DNA from: Hypanus sabinus
Lineage: Eukaryota
NCBI RefSeq assembly: GCF_030144855.1
Contig: NW_026781548.1
Span: 186,001 to 250,000 of the forward strand
Length of the DNA stretch: 64,000 bases
Direction: 5' to 3'
Shown here: positions 49,791 through 61,060 of the stretch, piece by piece
Numbering within the stretch: position 1 is the first letter of the stretch
Layout: each line of letters begins with the position of its first letter
Program-made: the position numbers and the translations under genes
Notes under the pieces: model-generated
The model's database searches: none
What the model saw: the letters and a program-made list of their open reading frames with translations, nothing else
What the model was told of the DNA's origin: nothing

Positions 49791-49965
49791 CAGGAACAGC
49801 TACAATGGCGAGTACAGGATAGTAAACCCGTTGGACGGCATCAAGCGCCTGATAGATTCGATTGTCCAACGGCAATCCTCTAGGATTTTTATCCAGATAT
49901 TTATACGCCCAAAACATATTCCTTCCAGATGCCGCAGTGTTCCGCGATGCATTTTCCTGACCCAT
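49791..49965 (-). pseudogene. GPCR copy D exon 1 (MGQENASRNT...QRVYYPVLAIVAVP); exon itself intact
   Basis: ATG at 49965 and 175 nt. G|GTAGGT donor at 49790, phase 1. Confidence 0.88.
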
Positions 49966-50084
49966 TCCTTGAATACTCCAGATTCCTGTTCCCGATCCAG
50001 CCTCTGTCCGCTCTCTACCTGGAGCCCGTTGATCTCTGATTCCGTAGACTGGCGGCTCTGATTGAGACTGGCGTTCAGAGTGAG

Positions 50085-50195
50085 ACATATTAATAGCACA
50101 GGCAACCAGCAGCCACACCTCCGCGGTGACGTCATCAATCCCCACGGACACTCGCTTAATTAAATTCTACGGAATGACACGCGCAGTTAACCTTT
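50085..50195 (-). promoter_or_regulatory. Duplicated GPCR promoter block with a perfect CRE palindrome
   Basis: TGACGTCA at 50127-50134 and tattaat near 50088-50094. Confidence 0.6.
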
Positions 50196-50519
50196 TATTT
50201 GCAAACCGCCAAAGAAACAATACATACGCAGATTGGAAGTGAATCTCATAATCTCTGTAGTCGGCTGTCCGCCGATCCGTGTGTTGTCTGTCAGTGGAAA
50301 CAAAGTTGAGAAACTTATTGACACACAGTCAGATATTGACATACAATTAATCTGGAATGGAATGCACAAGCAGCAAAGAAGAATAAAAACAATAACACTG
50401 ATGAGAATAGATTAAAATAATGATTACACAGATATTAAGATATATTTGCATTTTTAAGTGAGTGGTGCGCAACGTGCTACTCCTATTGCGGGAGCTGGGA
50501 AGGCAAGGAGAACTCGACT

Positions 50520-51210
50520 AACCATGACGATCACAGTTGCGAGAGCTGCGTTCAGGGGCAGCTTCTGACAATCAGCGTCAAGGAGGTTGAGCTGCGAATA
50601 CAGGAACTACCGATCATTTGGGAATCTGAAGCGGTGATGGACAGAACATATGGAGAGGGAGACACACCCAGGGCGCAGGCACGGGAGACTGCGTGAATGT
50701 CTGGAAGCAGAAAATGCTTTCATCTCCTTAAACATTTTGGACAGCGTCGTGGGGTTTGGGGGCGGGTGTATGAACGAACAGTGTTCAGTCACCGTGATCG
50801 GGTCTCGGACACGCAGCTTACCTCTGCAACTCAGTAGGGAAGTGGGCGGTGGGTGGTGTGATTCGGGGTGGTAAGGGCGGAAGGCAGTCTGTAGTGATAC
50901 GATATTCGTTAGTCAGTTGTGTGGACAGGAGGTTCTGTCGCCGACAACGTCCGGGACATCACCGATCGAGTCCTCAACATTCTTCACGGGAAGGCTGATC
51001 AGCTAGAAATTGTGGTCGCCGTAGGTGCCAATGACATGATTACGATGAGTGACGATGTAGTGCACAGGCGGTTCGGAGAAGTAAGAGGTCAGTTAATGGA
51101 CAGAATCACCAGATTTCGGATCTAAGGTTTTCTAACCGCACCACGTGCCTGTAACAGAGCGAGAAAGAGTTTTCAGTTTAAAACCTGGCTAATGAGTTGT
51201 TTTCATATGC
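50520..51210 (+). mobile_element. CR1 ORF1 relic (zinc/zipper and SGNH esterase-like part) upstream of GPCR D
   Basis: Encodes ESCVQGQLLTISVKEVEL and DITDRVLNILHGKADQLEIVVAVGANDM. Confidence 0.75.
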
Positions 51211-51284
51211 AGTCATTTGAAAATAAATGTGAACATACATTTGGCACCTTCACGGCTGAGTCGACCTGCAGATTTTCATAGAAG

Positions 51285-52740
51285 CAGAGAAACATAGAAA
51301 ACCTACAGCACAATACAGCCCTTCGGCCTATAAAGTAGTACCGAACATGTCCCTACCTTAGAAATTACAAGGCTTACCAACAGCACTTTATATTATGTGT
51401 TGCAAATACCTATTTAAAAGTCTCTTAAACGATCCTATCGTATCCAGCTCCACCACCGTTGCTGGCAGCCCATTCCACGCATTCACTACTCTCTGAGTAA
51501 AAGACTTAACCCTGACATCTCATCTGTACCTACTTCCCAGCACCTTAAACCTGTGTCCTCTTGTGGCAACCATTTCAGCCTTGGAAATATCCTTTGAATA
51601 TCCACACAATCAATGTCTCTCATCATCGTATACACCTCTATCAGATCACTCCTCAAACTCTTTCGCTATAAAGAGAAAAAGCCAAGTTCACTCAACTTTT
51701 TTCTCTTAAGAGATGCTCCATAATCCAGGCAACACCCTTGTACATCTCTTCTCCACCCTTTCTATGGTTTCCACATTTTCCCTGTAATGAGGGGACCGGA
51801 ACTGAACACAAGACTCCAAGTGGGGTCTGACCAGGTTCCAATAAAGCTGCAACATTACCTCTCGTCTCCTAAATTCAATTCTACGATTGATGAAGGCTAA
51901 TACTCCGTCCGTCTTAAACGCAGAGTTTACTTGCGAAGCTGCTTTGAGTGTCCTATGGACTCAGACCCTAATATCACTCTGACCCTTCACAGGGTTAAGA
52001 GTCTTTCCATTGATGCTATATTCTACTATCATACCTGACCTACCATAATGAACCACTTCAGACGTATCTGGGTTGACCTCCATCTGCCACTTCTCAGCAC
52101 AGTTTTGCATCCTATCAATGTCCCGCTCTAAATTGCGATAGCACACCACTGTGTCCACAACACATCCAATCTTTGTGTCATCAACAAACTGACTAACCCA
52201 TCCCTCCACCTCCTCATGCAGGTCATTTATAACAATCACGGAGAGTAATAGTGGCAGAATAGATTTCTGAGTCACTACACTGGTGTCCGAACTCCATGCA
52301 GAATATGACCCATCTACCACCACGCTTTGATTCTGTGGGCAAGCCAGTTCTGGATCCACAAGGCAATGTGCCCTTGGATCCAATGATTTTTTACTTTCTC
52401 AATGAGCCTTGCATAGGGTACCTTATCAAATGCCTTGCCGAAATCATATACACTACATCTGCTGCTCTTCCTTCATCAATGTAGGCAGTCACATCATCAA
52501 AAAATCATTCAGGCTCGTAAAGCACGACCTGCCCTTGACAAAGCATGCTGACTATTCCTAATCATATTATATTTCTCCAAATGTTCATATATCCTGCCTC
52601 TCAGAGTCTTCTCCGTGAAGTTACCAACCATTGAGGAACGAATCACTGGTCTATAATTCCCTAGGTTTCTCTACTCCCATTTTTGAATAAAGTGTCAATA
52701 TCCGCAACCCTCCAATCCTCCGGAGCCTCTCATCGCTTTA
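51285..52740 (-). mobile_element. CR1 LINE RT and 3' end
   Basis: Tail aaacatagaaaacctacagcacaatacag on plus at ~51290-51320. ORF 51961-52383 has SxVTQxSIL and QFVDDTKIGCVVD. Confidence 0.88.
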
Positions 52741-54329
52741 CCACTGCTGACCCTGCAGGACTCTAGTAAACGTAAACTTCTCTACCTCGTCTTGCAGCAA
52801 CTCATTCCACCTATCACACTTTATCCGAATACAAGCATATGTCCCTCAACATTAACTGCTGTAATTTGAGGTTAATCTGTCCGAACCACAGCACATAACG
52901 ATGAGGCATCTTATGCAAGCTCCCAGATTTTTTTACAGGTCTCGATAAGGTCAAAGTCAAGTGAAAATATATTTATTATCGAAGTACGTATATGACACCA
53001 CAGGTGGCCTTGAGATTTATTAAACTACGGGTATTTGCGGGGAAATACAGCATAAATTCGTGTATAACCATGCAAAACCTGAGACTGGGAAAGGAAAATT
53101 AAAAATTAAAAATTCGTGCAAATAAAAACATTATACCAAGAAGATTCGTTGCATGTCCCTGCAAGTGAGGCTGAAGTCTCTACAATCAGTTCAGCGACCT
53201 AATGAGTGAAATTCCGCGGGGTCGAATTGGTCGGTGGATCTCCAGGAGTTCGTCCAGTTTTCTTCCTGCGCGGTGCCAATTTCAGTGAACTGTCTTCATT
53301 TATTCCTTTAGCTTTCTGCTCAATGACACCCCCTAGTATCCCGCTGCTCTCTGTGCAAGTCAACGCTGTGCCATCAGAGCGTTCCCACAACATATAAACA
53401 TATTTTCCCTCAGTAAACATATTTAAGAAAAGGTTGGATAGATTTTTTTCATACTAGTGGAGGTTATGGAGAAAAGACACTTAGGTGTAGATGAGTCCAT
53501 GGTGAGATCAGCCAAGATCATATTGAATGTCGATGCAGCCGCCGATACTGGATTACGATGTAAGAGACAATAGTTCATGGTCAGTTGGCTGATAATGGCA
53601 TAATATTCACGTTTTATAAAACAAATGATCTGGAATCGTCTTTGAATCCGTGAAAATATCAGCTGACTCGACCCGTTCTAAAAAAATAATTCATCAAAAT
53701 AAAACTCACAGTGGTCCGGGAGAGTCAGGGATATGGTGAGAAAAGCGAGGGTCACGTCAGCGGGGAGACGCATTGCCCTTCTGAAACTCTGTTTAGGAGC
53801 GAAAGCTCCCTCTTCCCTTTTTCACCTGGACTCTTGTCGATGGAATTTATCACCGGAAATGACGCCTGACCGAGCATAACGTTTGTCAATTGATCGTCTG
53901 CTTACGTCATAGAAAACTAATCGTCTACTTTGGTTAGTAATAGCAATTGCCAGGACTTATGTATCAAGCGGTGCAGAGGAAGCCCTTCGGCCCCATTCCT
54001 CATTACTAGTAAAATCAAGGTTTTTTTTCAGTGGAGCGTCATAATCTTCCATTGGTTAACTTTACCTTCATTTCTCTCGGTAATGATCTTATTTAGGATT
54101 AGTGGTGTGTACTACATATTACAATTATATGCTCTCCCGTGGAGCGTTGAATCCCGTTTTCGATGATGATGATGATATGACCTCATCCGTCTTATCTGTC
54201 TACTCCATGCATTGCTTAAGCCCCCGTTATTTTTCATTTTTTTCTCCGTGCTTTTTCAAGGTATTATAATATTAATATCGGAACATCGAATTAATTTTGC
54301 TTTATGTTTACTTTTGAAATCAGATTGGC

Positions 54330-54620
54330 AGATGTTCTTCAGCCTTCCAACAAAAAATTTCCTTTTATCACACAAAACATACAGAAGTCTGTAAGTGAAA
54401 AATCAACAGAAATATGCCGAATTGAAAGAGCAAATTGAAAGAGTTTGGAACACGAATAAGGCATTCGCTGTTCCGAAAGTAATATCTGCAACTGGTATCA
54501 TCGGAAAGACATTACAGAATAACAATACACAATTATGCCTAGGCAGCAATATCTAGGTAAATATTAAGAACGCTACAATGCCAAGTACCAACAGCACATA
54601 CGTCCACAGCAATTGAGAAA
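54330..54620 (+). mobile_element. R4/Dong-like RLE C-terminal relic
   Basis: Encodes QKYAELKEQIERVWNTNKAFAVPKVISATGIIGKTL. Confidence 0.75.
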
Positions 54621-54759
54621 TGAGCGGTGCAGCCGCCAAAACTGGATTAACATTCAAGAAATAATAATTCATTGTCAGGTGACTGATAACGGCATATTAT
54701 TCTGCCTTTTATTAAGCAAATGATTTGGGAACGTCTTTGAGTCGGAGACATAATCAGCT

Positions 54760-55190
54760 AATTTGATCTGCTGTTAAGAAAATGATTCTTTAAAAACAAA
54801 TCTCCGAATGGACCAATTGAGTTTAAGAGCCGAGAGGTAATGTAGCAGCTGTATAGGACTCTGGTCAAACAACACTTGGAGTACTGTGCACATTTCTGGT
54901 TTCATCACTAGAGGAAGGACATGGAAACCATAGAAAGGGTGCAGAGCAGAATTACAAGAATGTTTCCTGGTTTGGGGAACATGCCTTATGAGAATAGGTT
55001 GAATGAACATCTTGGAGCAACGGAGGATGAGAGGTGACCTGATAGAGGTGTGCAAGATAATGGGATGCATTACTCGGGTGGACAGTCAGAGCCTTTTTCC
55101 CCGGGCTGCAATGACAAGCACGAGAAGGCGCAGTTTTAATGCGGTTTGAAGTAGTTACAGAGGAGATGCTGGGGTAAGTTTTTTTTTCTA
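54760..55190 (+). mobile_element. CR1 LINE 3' ORF2 fragment
   Basis: Encodes LYRTLVKQHLEYC...ERVQSRITRMFPG-like sequence. Confidence 0.8.
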
Positions 55191-56689
55191 TTCATGTGTC
55201 TGCCTGTGGCCATCCTTCTATCGGTGTCCTGTGATGATATCTTCAAGATAATTGCACGAACTGCACCTGGACCTTTGATGTCTCTGCTTCACGTAATCGC
55301 TCCGTCAGAGATGAAGGCAAGCACAGTCAGCGCACGTGAGACATGATTTTTTTGGATCAGGACACCCGGTCGTGTGTGTTGCGGTGACTGGGTGGCTGGA
55401 CGGCAGCTTCCCAATCAGAAGTCAATGTCGCTGCTTTTTTGTTGTAGAGCGCCCTCTGTTGGTTTGGAGTTACAGTACGAAGGGAGCCTGTGTACTTTAC
55501 TTCTATTTGCATCCGTTTACTCAATACATCCTTGAAGCGATACAATCTGTGTAGCTGCCCGAATGTGGTAAACGTACCCTATTATACTACTTCTTCCAAC
55601 AACTCATTCCGTGTGGCTAACTTCATTTCAGCGTAAACAGATGTCCCTCAGAATGAAATTCTATAATTTGGGGTTAATCCCTCCTATCCACGGAAAATAA
55701 TGATGATGCTTCTCATGTATGCTAGGGAGATTTTACAGTTCTCGATGCAGTCAAAGTCCCAATCAAGATAAATTTATTATCGAAGTACGTATGTGACAAC
55801 AGAGATAAACTTGATATTTATTTACTTGCAGGCATTTAGAGAGACAGGTGTATGGTTAGGGTTACTGGTTAGTAGTCTATTCTGTCACAGCACCATCACA
55901 TTCGGCCGAATAATCCCGTCGCAGTCGTGACTGTCTCCGTTCCACAAGCTGCTGTGGCAGGGTTGTTCCTATTGCGGCCGCAGGGCGGCACTCTACAGGA
56001 GAATATGGCTTTAGGTTTGCCAAGTCTCAGCTGCAGGGTCGCAGAGTAAAGCGTTTGCGTGCCCGGTTAATCCCATTCTCGAAATCTAACGAGCAGCCAA
56101 GTGGTTCGTTGCCATATAACAAGTTCTGCTTCGCTTAGTTCGCTGCATTCTGGAGAATCCCGTGCTATACGCTTTCACTGTTCACTACAATCGTCATCCC
56201 TGCCGAATTTCTGGCATGATTATAGCGTGCATGACGGGAGTAATGAAGTTATTTATCGGAGTTTGCAAGTTATACCGAAGCGTCTTTTTCAGTAATGCAC
56301 TAGTATAGGATGCTGCCATCTGGACATCTCAAACAGTAAACATTTGGCCCTTGAAGCCAGCGTCTGTAATACATATTCTACAACTCTGCTATTAGTAATT
56401 TATGAATGACACGGAATGTCGCACTTGGGACCACCATATACGAAGTAATTCTGTCTTTCTGCTGAACGTAATCCGTACCTCCCTGCTTATATACCCCTCT
56501 GCGCCTCCCAAAGCGGTACGATGACTCAATGTGAGACATTGAAGTTACATCGTCATGTCCCCGTTGTCGTTCCCGCTCCCGCTGTCCTTCTGAAATTGGA
56601 ATGGGGCCCGACCTTTCGAATAACATCCGGATCGGCAAATGAATTGATCCATACACCATTGAAACTCAAAGCTTCCAGTGTCGCTACTC

Positions 56690-56714
56690 AGTGACGTATG
56701 GTTGAGGGGCGGAG
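56690..56714 (+). promoter_or_regulatory. TCR V-beta promoter: decamer/CRE-like element plus GC box
   Basis: AGTGACGTAT at 56690-56699 (the established V-beta decamer consensus is AGTGAYRTCA) and GGGGCGGAG at 56706-56714, about 100 nt upstream of the leader ATG. Confidence 0.7.
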
Positions 56715-56800
56715 CTTTGTCCGTTCACCCTGACAGGGCATTGAAAAGGTGGTTCATTCCGAACGCCCTTCCGCTTGGAGGAAACTGACTAAGTTGAAAG

Positions 56801-56837
56801 ATGTTCGTGTTGTTGGAGCTGCTAATCTGGTTTCACG
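56801..56837 (+). CDS. TRBV: TCR V1 leader exon (MFVLLELLIWFH)
   Basis: ATG at 56801, 37 nt, hydrophobic. G|GTAAAG donor, phase 1. Confidence 0.88.
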
Positions 56838-57178
56838 GTAAAGGACAGCTTCAATTTCCGAGTAGTTTAAGCAAACAATTCTGCATTACCCTTTCTGTGC
56901 TCCGTTAATTCTTGCAATATTAATTTTCCAACGCTCTCTAGCTTTTCATTCTCACTTTTTTCATCGTTGCGCCGGTTTGCAATTTAGTTTTCAGCTCTGT
57001 CCATCCAATTATATTTATTTTATTCTATTCTCTCACTCTCTCTGTACCTTTCCCATTTCTTTCTCTTTTCCCCATATGTCTCTGCTTCCCGCATTTATCC
57101 TCTGCTTCCTTGCTCCCTTTCTCCATGATCCGTGTCTACCTTCCTACTGACGTCATTCTCCGCTCCTCTCTTCCCCAG

Positions 57179-57474
57179 CCGCGAACTCACAAACTATCCG
57201 GCAGTCTCCACCGGCTTTTTCCGGATCTCCGGGGAACCGGATGGCGCTGTCCTGCAACGTGGAGGGCAGCGGCGATTATTACGTGCACTGGTACCGCCAG
57301 TACCCGGGGCAGGGGCCGCAGTTCATGTTCTACAGCTACGGAGCTAACATTAGGAATCCAGACGGGAAAGTCGATGGATTTACCCTGCAGGCGCTTAAAG
57401 ATAACGAGAACAAACTGGTGACCAACAGCCTGCGGGTGAATCACTCGGCCGTGTATTTCTGCGCCTGGAGTCTA
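57179..57474 (+). CDS. TRBV: Germline T-cell receptor beta V segment, apparently functional, TRBV30-like
   Basis: Acceptor ccccAG at 57177-57178. Reads ANSQTIRQSP...LSCNVEG...WYRQYPGQGPQFMFYSYG...SAVYFCAWSL, with first Cys, WYRQ and YFC all intact and no stops. Confidence 0.93.
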
Positions 57475-57513
57475 CACAGTGACGCGCCGAGAGCGAAGAG
57501 CTCGACAAAAACC
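57475..57513 (+). promoter_or_regulatory. V(D)J recombination signal sequence, 23-bp spacer
   Basis: CACAGTG (57475-57481), a 23-nt spacer (57482-57504) and ACAAAAACC (57505-57513): perfect consensus. Confidence 0.97.
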
Positions 57514-59508
57514 CCAGACTGCCTGTAAAAGGCGTGGCAGAGCAAGCACACTTGGCTCTGTGGTCGCGTCAAGTCTATCTTTGCATTTGACAGAGGAAAC
57601 GCGATGCAGACTGGACGCAGAATGGTTTTGTAAAAACGGTTAGAGAGCAGGTGGCCAATCTTCTGACAAGATGCCAGCTCTTACACCGGCACTGTGACGT
57701 CACGCACAGTCAGCACTCTCCCACAAGCCCCGTACTGACAACGATTTACCTGAATATGAGGCGGAATCGAGACCAAGAGATTTAATTGCACAGACGCTCT
57801 TTTGATTCTGCCCTGTCACAAACTTTCCGTTACCTGCTGTTTTCCAAAAGAGACGCTCTTCCTGCCTTTAGAAATGGAACACTTATTTTTTTTCCGGAAC
57901 ACCGGATTTTCTTTCATTCTTTTATTTGTTTGCTTGCGATCGCCTTTACAATTAAAATTACCCCGTGAATTTCGCCGCCCATAGTTCCATGCTAAAATTA
58001 TTTCATCTCATAGGAGACGTTACTCCATCCTTCTGCCATCGACGCTAAGAAAGGAGAAACAGTCTCCCTTTCCTTGTGGAGGGCATTGAGTGTAAGGTGA
58101 AAGAAGTCGTAATGAACTGAAGGTGGATTAGACCAGAACCGGAATATTGCACACAGCTTGGACAGGAATGGTGTTGCGACAATAGGAAGAGAGGAGGAGA
58201 TATTCATAGGAGTGTTTCCTGGATAGGACGAATACAGATGCATTGATGATGGATCGGCCGGACTTAATTTCACAAACGGGTTTATACAATTATAAAGGTC
58301 GAATGTAATTTGTTTGACAAGGCAGTCGGTCTAACTACAAGGGCCATGTTTGAGCTCAGAGAGGAAACACTGATGGATTGTGACCGGCACTGGATGTGAA
58401 AGGCAAGTTTATGAATGGGATGAGGAGGTCGGCGGTAAGTGGGGGGGTGGGGAATAAAAGCATCAGGAATAAAAAAGATGACGGAAGGGAGAGATTGGGA
58501 ATGAAGAGAGGAGTAGGGTGTAAGTAAAAATCAGCTGTAGAGTGGCGAGGGAGGTAAATCAGGCACATCAGGTAAAGCCGCTGTCTGTAAGAAGTTTCCA
58601 CTTTCCGCCACTCTGCTCCGCTTTCTTCCCGCTGTCCTCCAAAGTACTGGTGGTTAGGTTAATTGCTGGTTGCAAAATGCGCCGGGATGAGACGAAGGTT
58701 AAATCTGAAATGTGTGGGCGGCGCAGATTGAGGAAGAGTATTTCAAAAAAAAAGTGAGCATGTGAATAAGCAAGTAAGAGAATAAACAAATNNNNNNNNN
58801 NNNNNNNNNNNNNNNNNNNNNNNNNNNNNNNNNNNNNNNNNNNNNNNNNNNNNNNNNNNNNNNNNNNNNNNNNNNNNNNNNNNNNNNNNNNNNNNNNNNN
58901 NNNNNNNNNNNNNNNNNNNNNNNNNATAAATAAATAGGACGATCTTCAAACTCTGATGGTTTCGTTACTGAGCTGAAAACCCGTCACCTCAGAATACCTC
59001 GTGTAAACAAGGCCGGGATCTGCTGTCAAGAAAGGAATAACGACCTCAACAAACGAGACAGACCCATCAAAACAGGTGCTGAATCGACACGGCGATCTTC
59101 AGCTCCAGTGTTTCACGGTGCAACAGCGCCCCCTGCAGCATCTTCGTAGCTGCAACCCAAAATTAGCGTTTGGCCAGAGAGGACCACGCTTACGTCCAAC
59201 TAACAATTGGACCGACGTGATATTTCTCCGTCCGGAGAAAACCCGATAGGATCACAGTGGGAACGTGCAAACTCCACATAGAATTGAACGTGGACTCACT
59301 GATTGATGAAAACCGGATGCCTGCGTGTCCGAGTCCGGAGGCGTCCAGGCGGCTTTCCTTGGATGTCTGAGCAAATGTTATAGGGTAGATGTTGGGGGTG
59401 GGGGGCGGTCTTTACTTGGCTGTGATCTGTTATGGTTTCTTTTCTCATTTTTCTATCATGTTCTTTTTTCGATAGTCTATTGAACATTCTGGGCCTGAAT
59501 GTGTGGCG

Positions 59509-60500
59509 ACATTTGCGAGCCGACCCCAGCCCGTCCCAGGGTGTACACAACGTTGGGAATCTGGCGGATAACCGTCGAGGTGACGGCTGGAGATTTAAAG
59601 AACAAACGAGGCGGAAAAAAAACAGGCAATCAATTAATTAATACATTCAGCAAAAGCAACGGTTCCGTGCGTTCGGGAGAGGAACAGACAGATATAGAGA
59701 AAAAAAAAAACTTGATAGAGAAATAACCTGAGCGCGCCAGGGAGAGATGAGATAGAGAAACCGATAAGATGGTATTTATGGATAGACGGAGAAATGGAGA
59801 GGATGAGGGAACGATGTGACGGTGCGGAGTGAAAGGAAGACGGGCTGGGGAAGGAACGAGGAGGGGTAACTATTGAAAGGTAGATAGATAAATAAAGAAA
59901 TGNNNNNNNNNNNNNNNNNNNNNNNNNNNNNNNNNNNNNNNNNNNNNNNNNNNNNNNNNNNNNNNNNNNNNNNNNNNNNNNNNNNNNNNNNNNNNNNNNN
60001 NNNNNNNNNNNNNNNNNNNNNNNNNNNNNNNNNNNNNNNNNNNNNNNNNNNCGAGAAAAATAGCGGGACAAGGGTTCCGCTGAAGCTGAGCAGGTAGGAA
60101 CAGAGTGGGCGAGGTTGAGAGTGAAGGATGGACAGGAGCGATGTGGAGCGAGCGGGAGGCAGGGAAGAAAGGAGCGCGAGAATGCAGAGAGTCAGCCGGA
60201 GCGAATGAGCGAGGCAACGCGAGAATGAGAGTGGAGAAGTTCTGAAAGAGGCCAAACGTGGAAATAATGGCAGAGCAAAGCCCGAAAATGAGGAGCCAGA
60301 AGAACAGGGGTCGATAATGATGATGCTCACAGGAAAAGGAGGTGAGCGTGAAGTAAAGATAATGCGCAAAAGTGGATAAGGCAGAATGAGAAAGGAAGAA
60401 TGAAAACGTAGAAGCAGGGAACATCAGATTAGATTATTAGGCGGCGGTGCGAATATTCCTTACTGTAGAAGCAGGACAGACACGCCAGTACCAAGAGCAT
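59509..60500 (-). pseudogene. TRBV: Inverted, 3'-truncated TCR V relic (V3): leader 60500-60464, FR1 from 59586
   Basis: 37-nt leader MLLVLACLSCFY with an A|GTAAGG donor. Acceptor ctccAG|CC then VTSTVIRQIP, matching SQTIRQSP in V1. A TGT lies 1 nt out of register at the first-Cys position (59511-59509). No WYRQ, YYC or RSS follows. Confidence 0.75.
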
Positions 60501-60594
60501 CCTGCAGAAAGTTTTACTTCTGGAAGAGTAGTACCTGTTCGGAGTGTGAGAAAAGATACAATGATTGGGTAAGGTTCCTGTTTAAATTGCAACG

Positions 60595-60640
60595 CCTCGC
60601 CCCCGCTACTCTCATTGGCATCCCAATCCCTCCGTCACTG
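60595..60640 (-). promoter_or_regulatory. V3 promoter: partial decamer plus GC-box-like motif
   Basis: Minus strand has tcAGTGACG (60639-60633) then gcggggcgagg, the same order as in the V1 and V2 promoters. Confidence 0.55.
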
Positions 60641-60974
60641 AATGATGATGCATTCAGAGCACAAAACGCTGCGCGAAGTTACAGTGTCGATATGTGTGCA
60701 TTGTAACCGTCAGAGCAGGTGTGCGGGACGGAACATGAAATGAGAAGCTATTGGTGTCGTTGAGCGACCTGTGTGTCCGTTTCTCGGGCCCAGCTTCCAC
60801 CAGTTTGTCTGCTCCTCTTTGCGTAGGCACTCAGTTCTATTCAAGGTTTAATAAAAAAAAAACTCGCAAGCAGGACCATTAGACCCAATGACACCTTGCC
60901 GCCCAATTACACATATGACACCAATTAAGCTCCAGTCCCGGACGTCCTTGCAGGGTGGAAACGGGGCAACTAAG

Positions 60975-61060
60975 GGAACTCACGCCGTCACTGCGAGGAA
61001 CGTACGAACTTCTTGTCCCGGCGGAAGGAATGGAACCCAGGCTGCTGGGGCTGTAAAACG
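60975..61060 (+). mobile_element. SINE core fragment
   Basis: ggaactcacgccgtcac...aacgtacgaact...ggaacccaggctgctggggctgtaa resembles the fish/shark SINE core. Confidence 0.45.

Noticed and set aside
53707-53745. CACAGTG followed by an A-rich stretch
   Set aside because: The nonamer position reads GTGAGAAAA, which is not consensus, and there is no V/D/J coding sequence adjacent.
59254-59260. CACAGTG downstream of V1
   Set aside because: It is part of a SINE-core-like fragment and has no nonamer.
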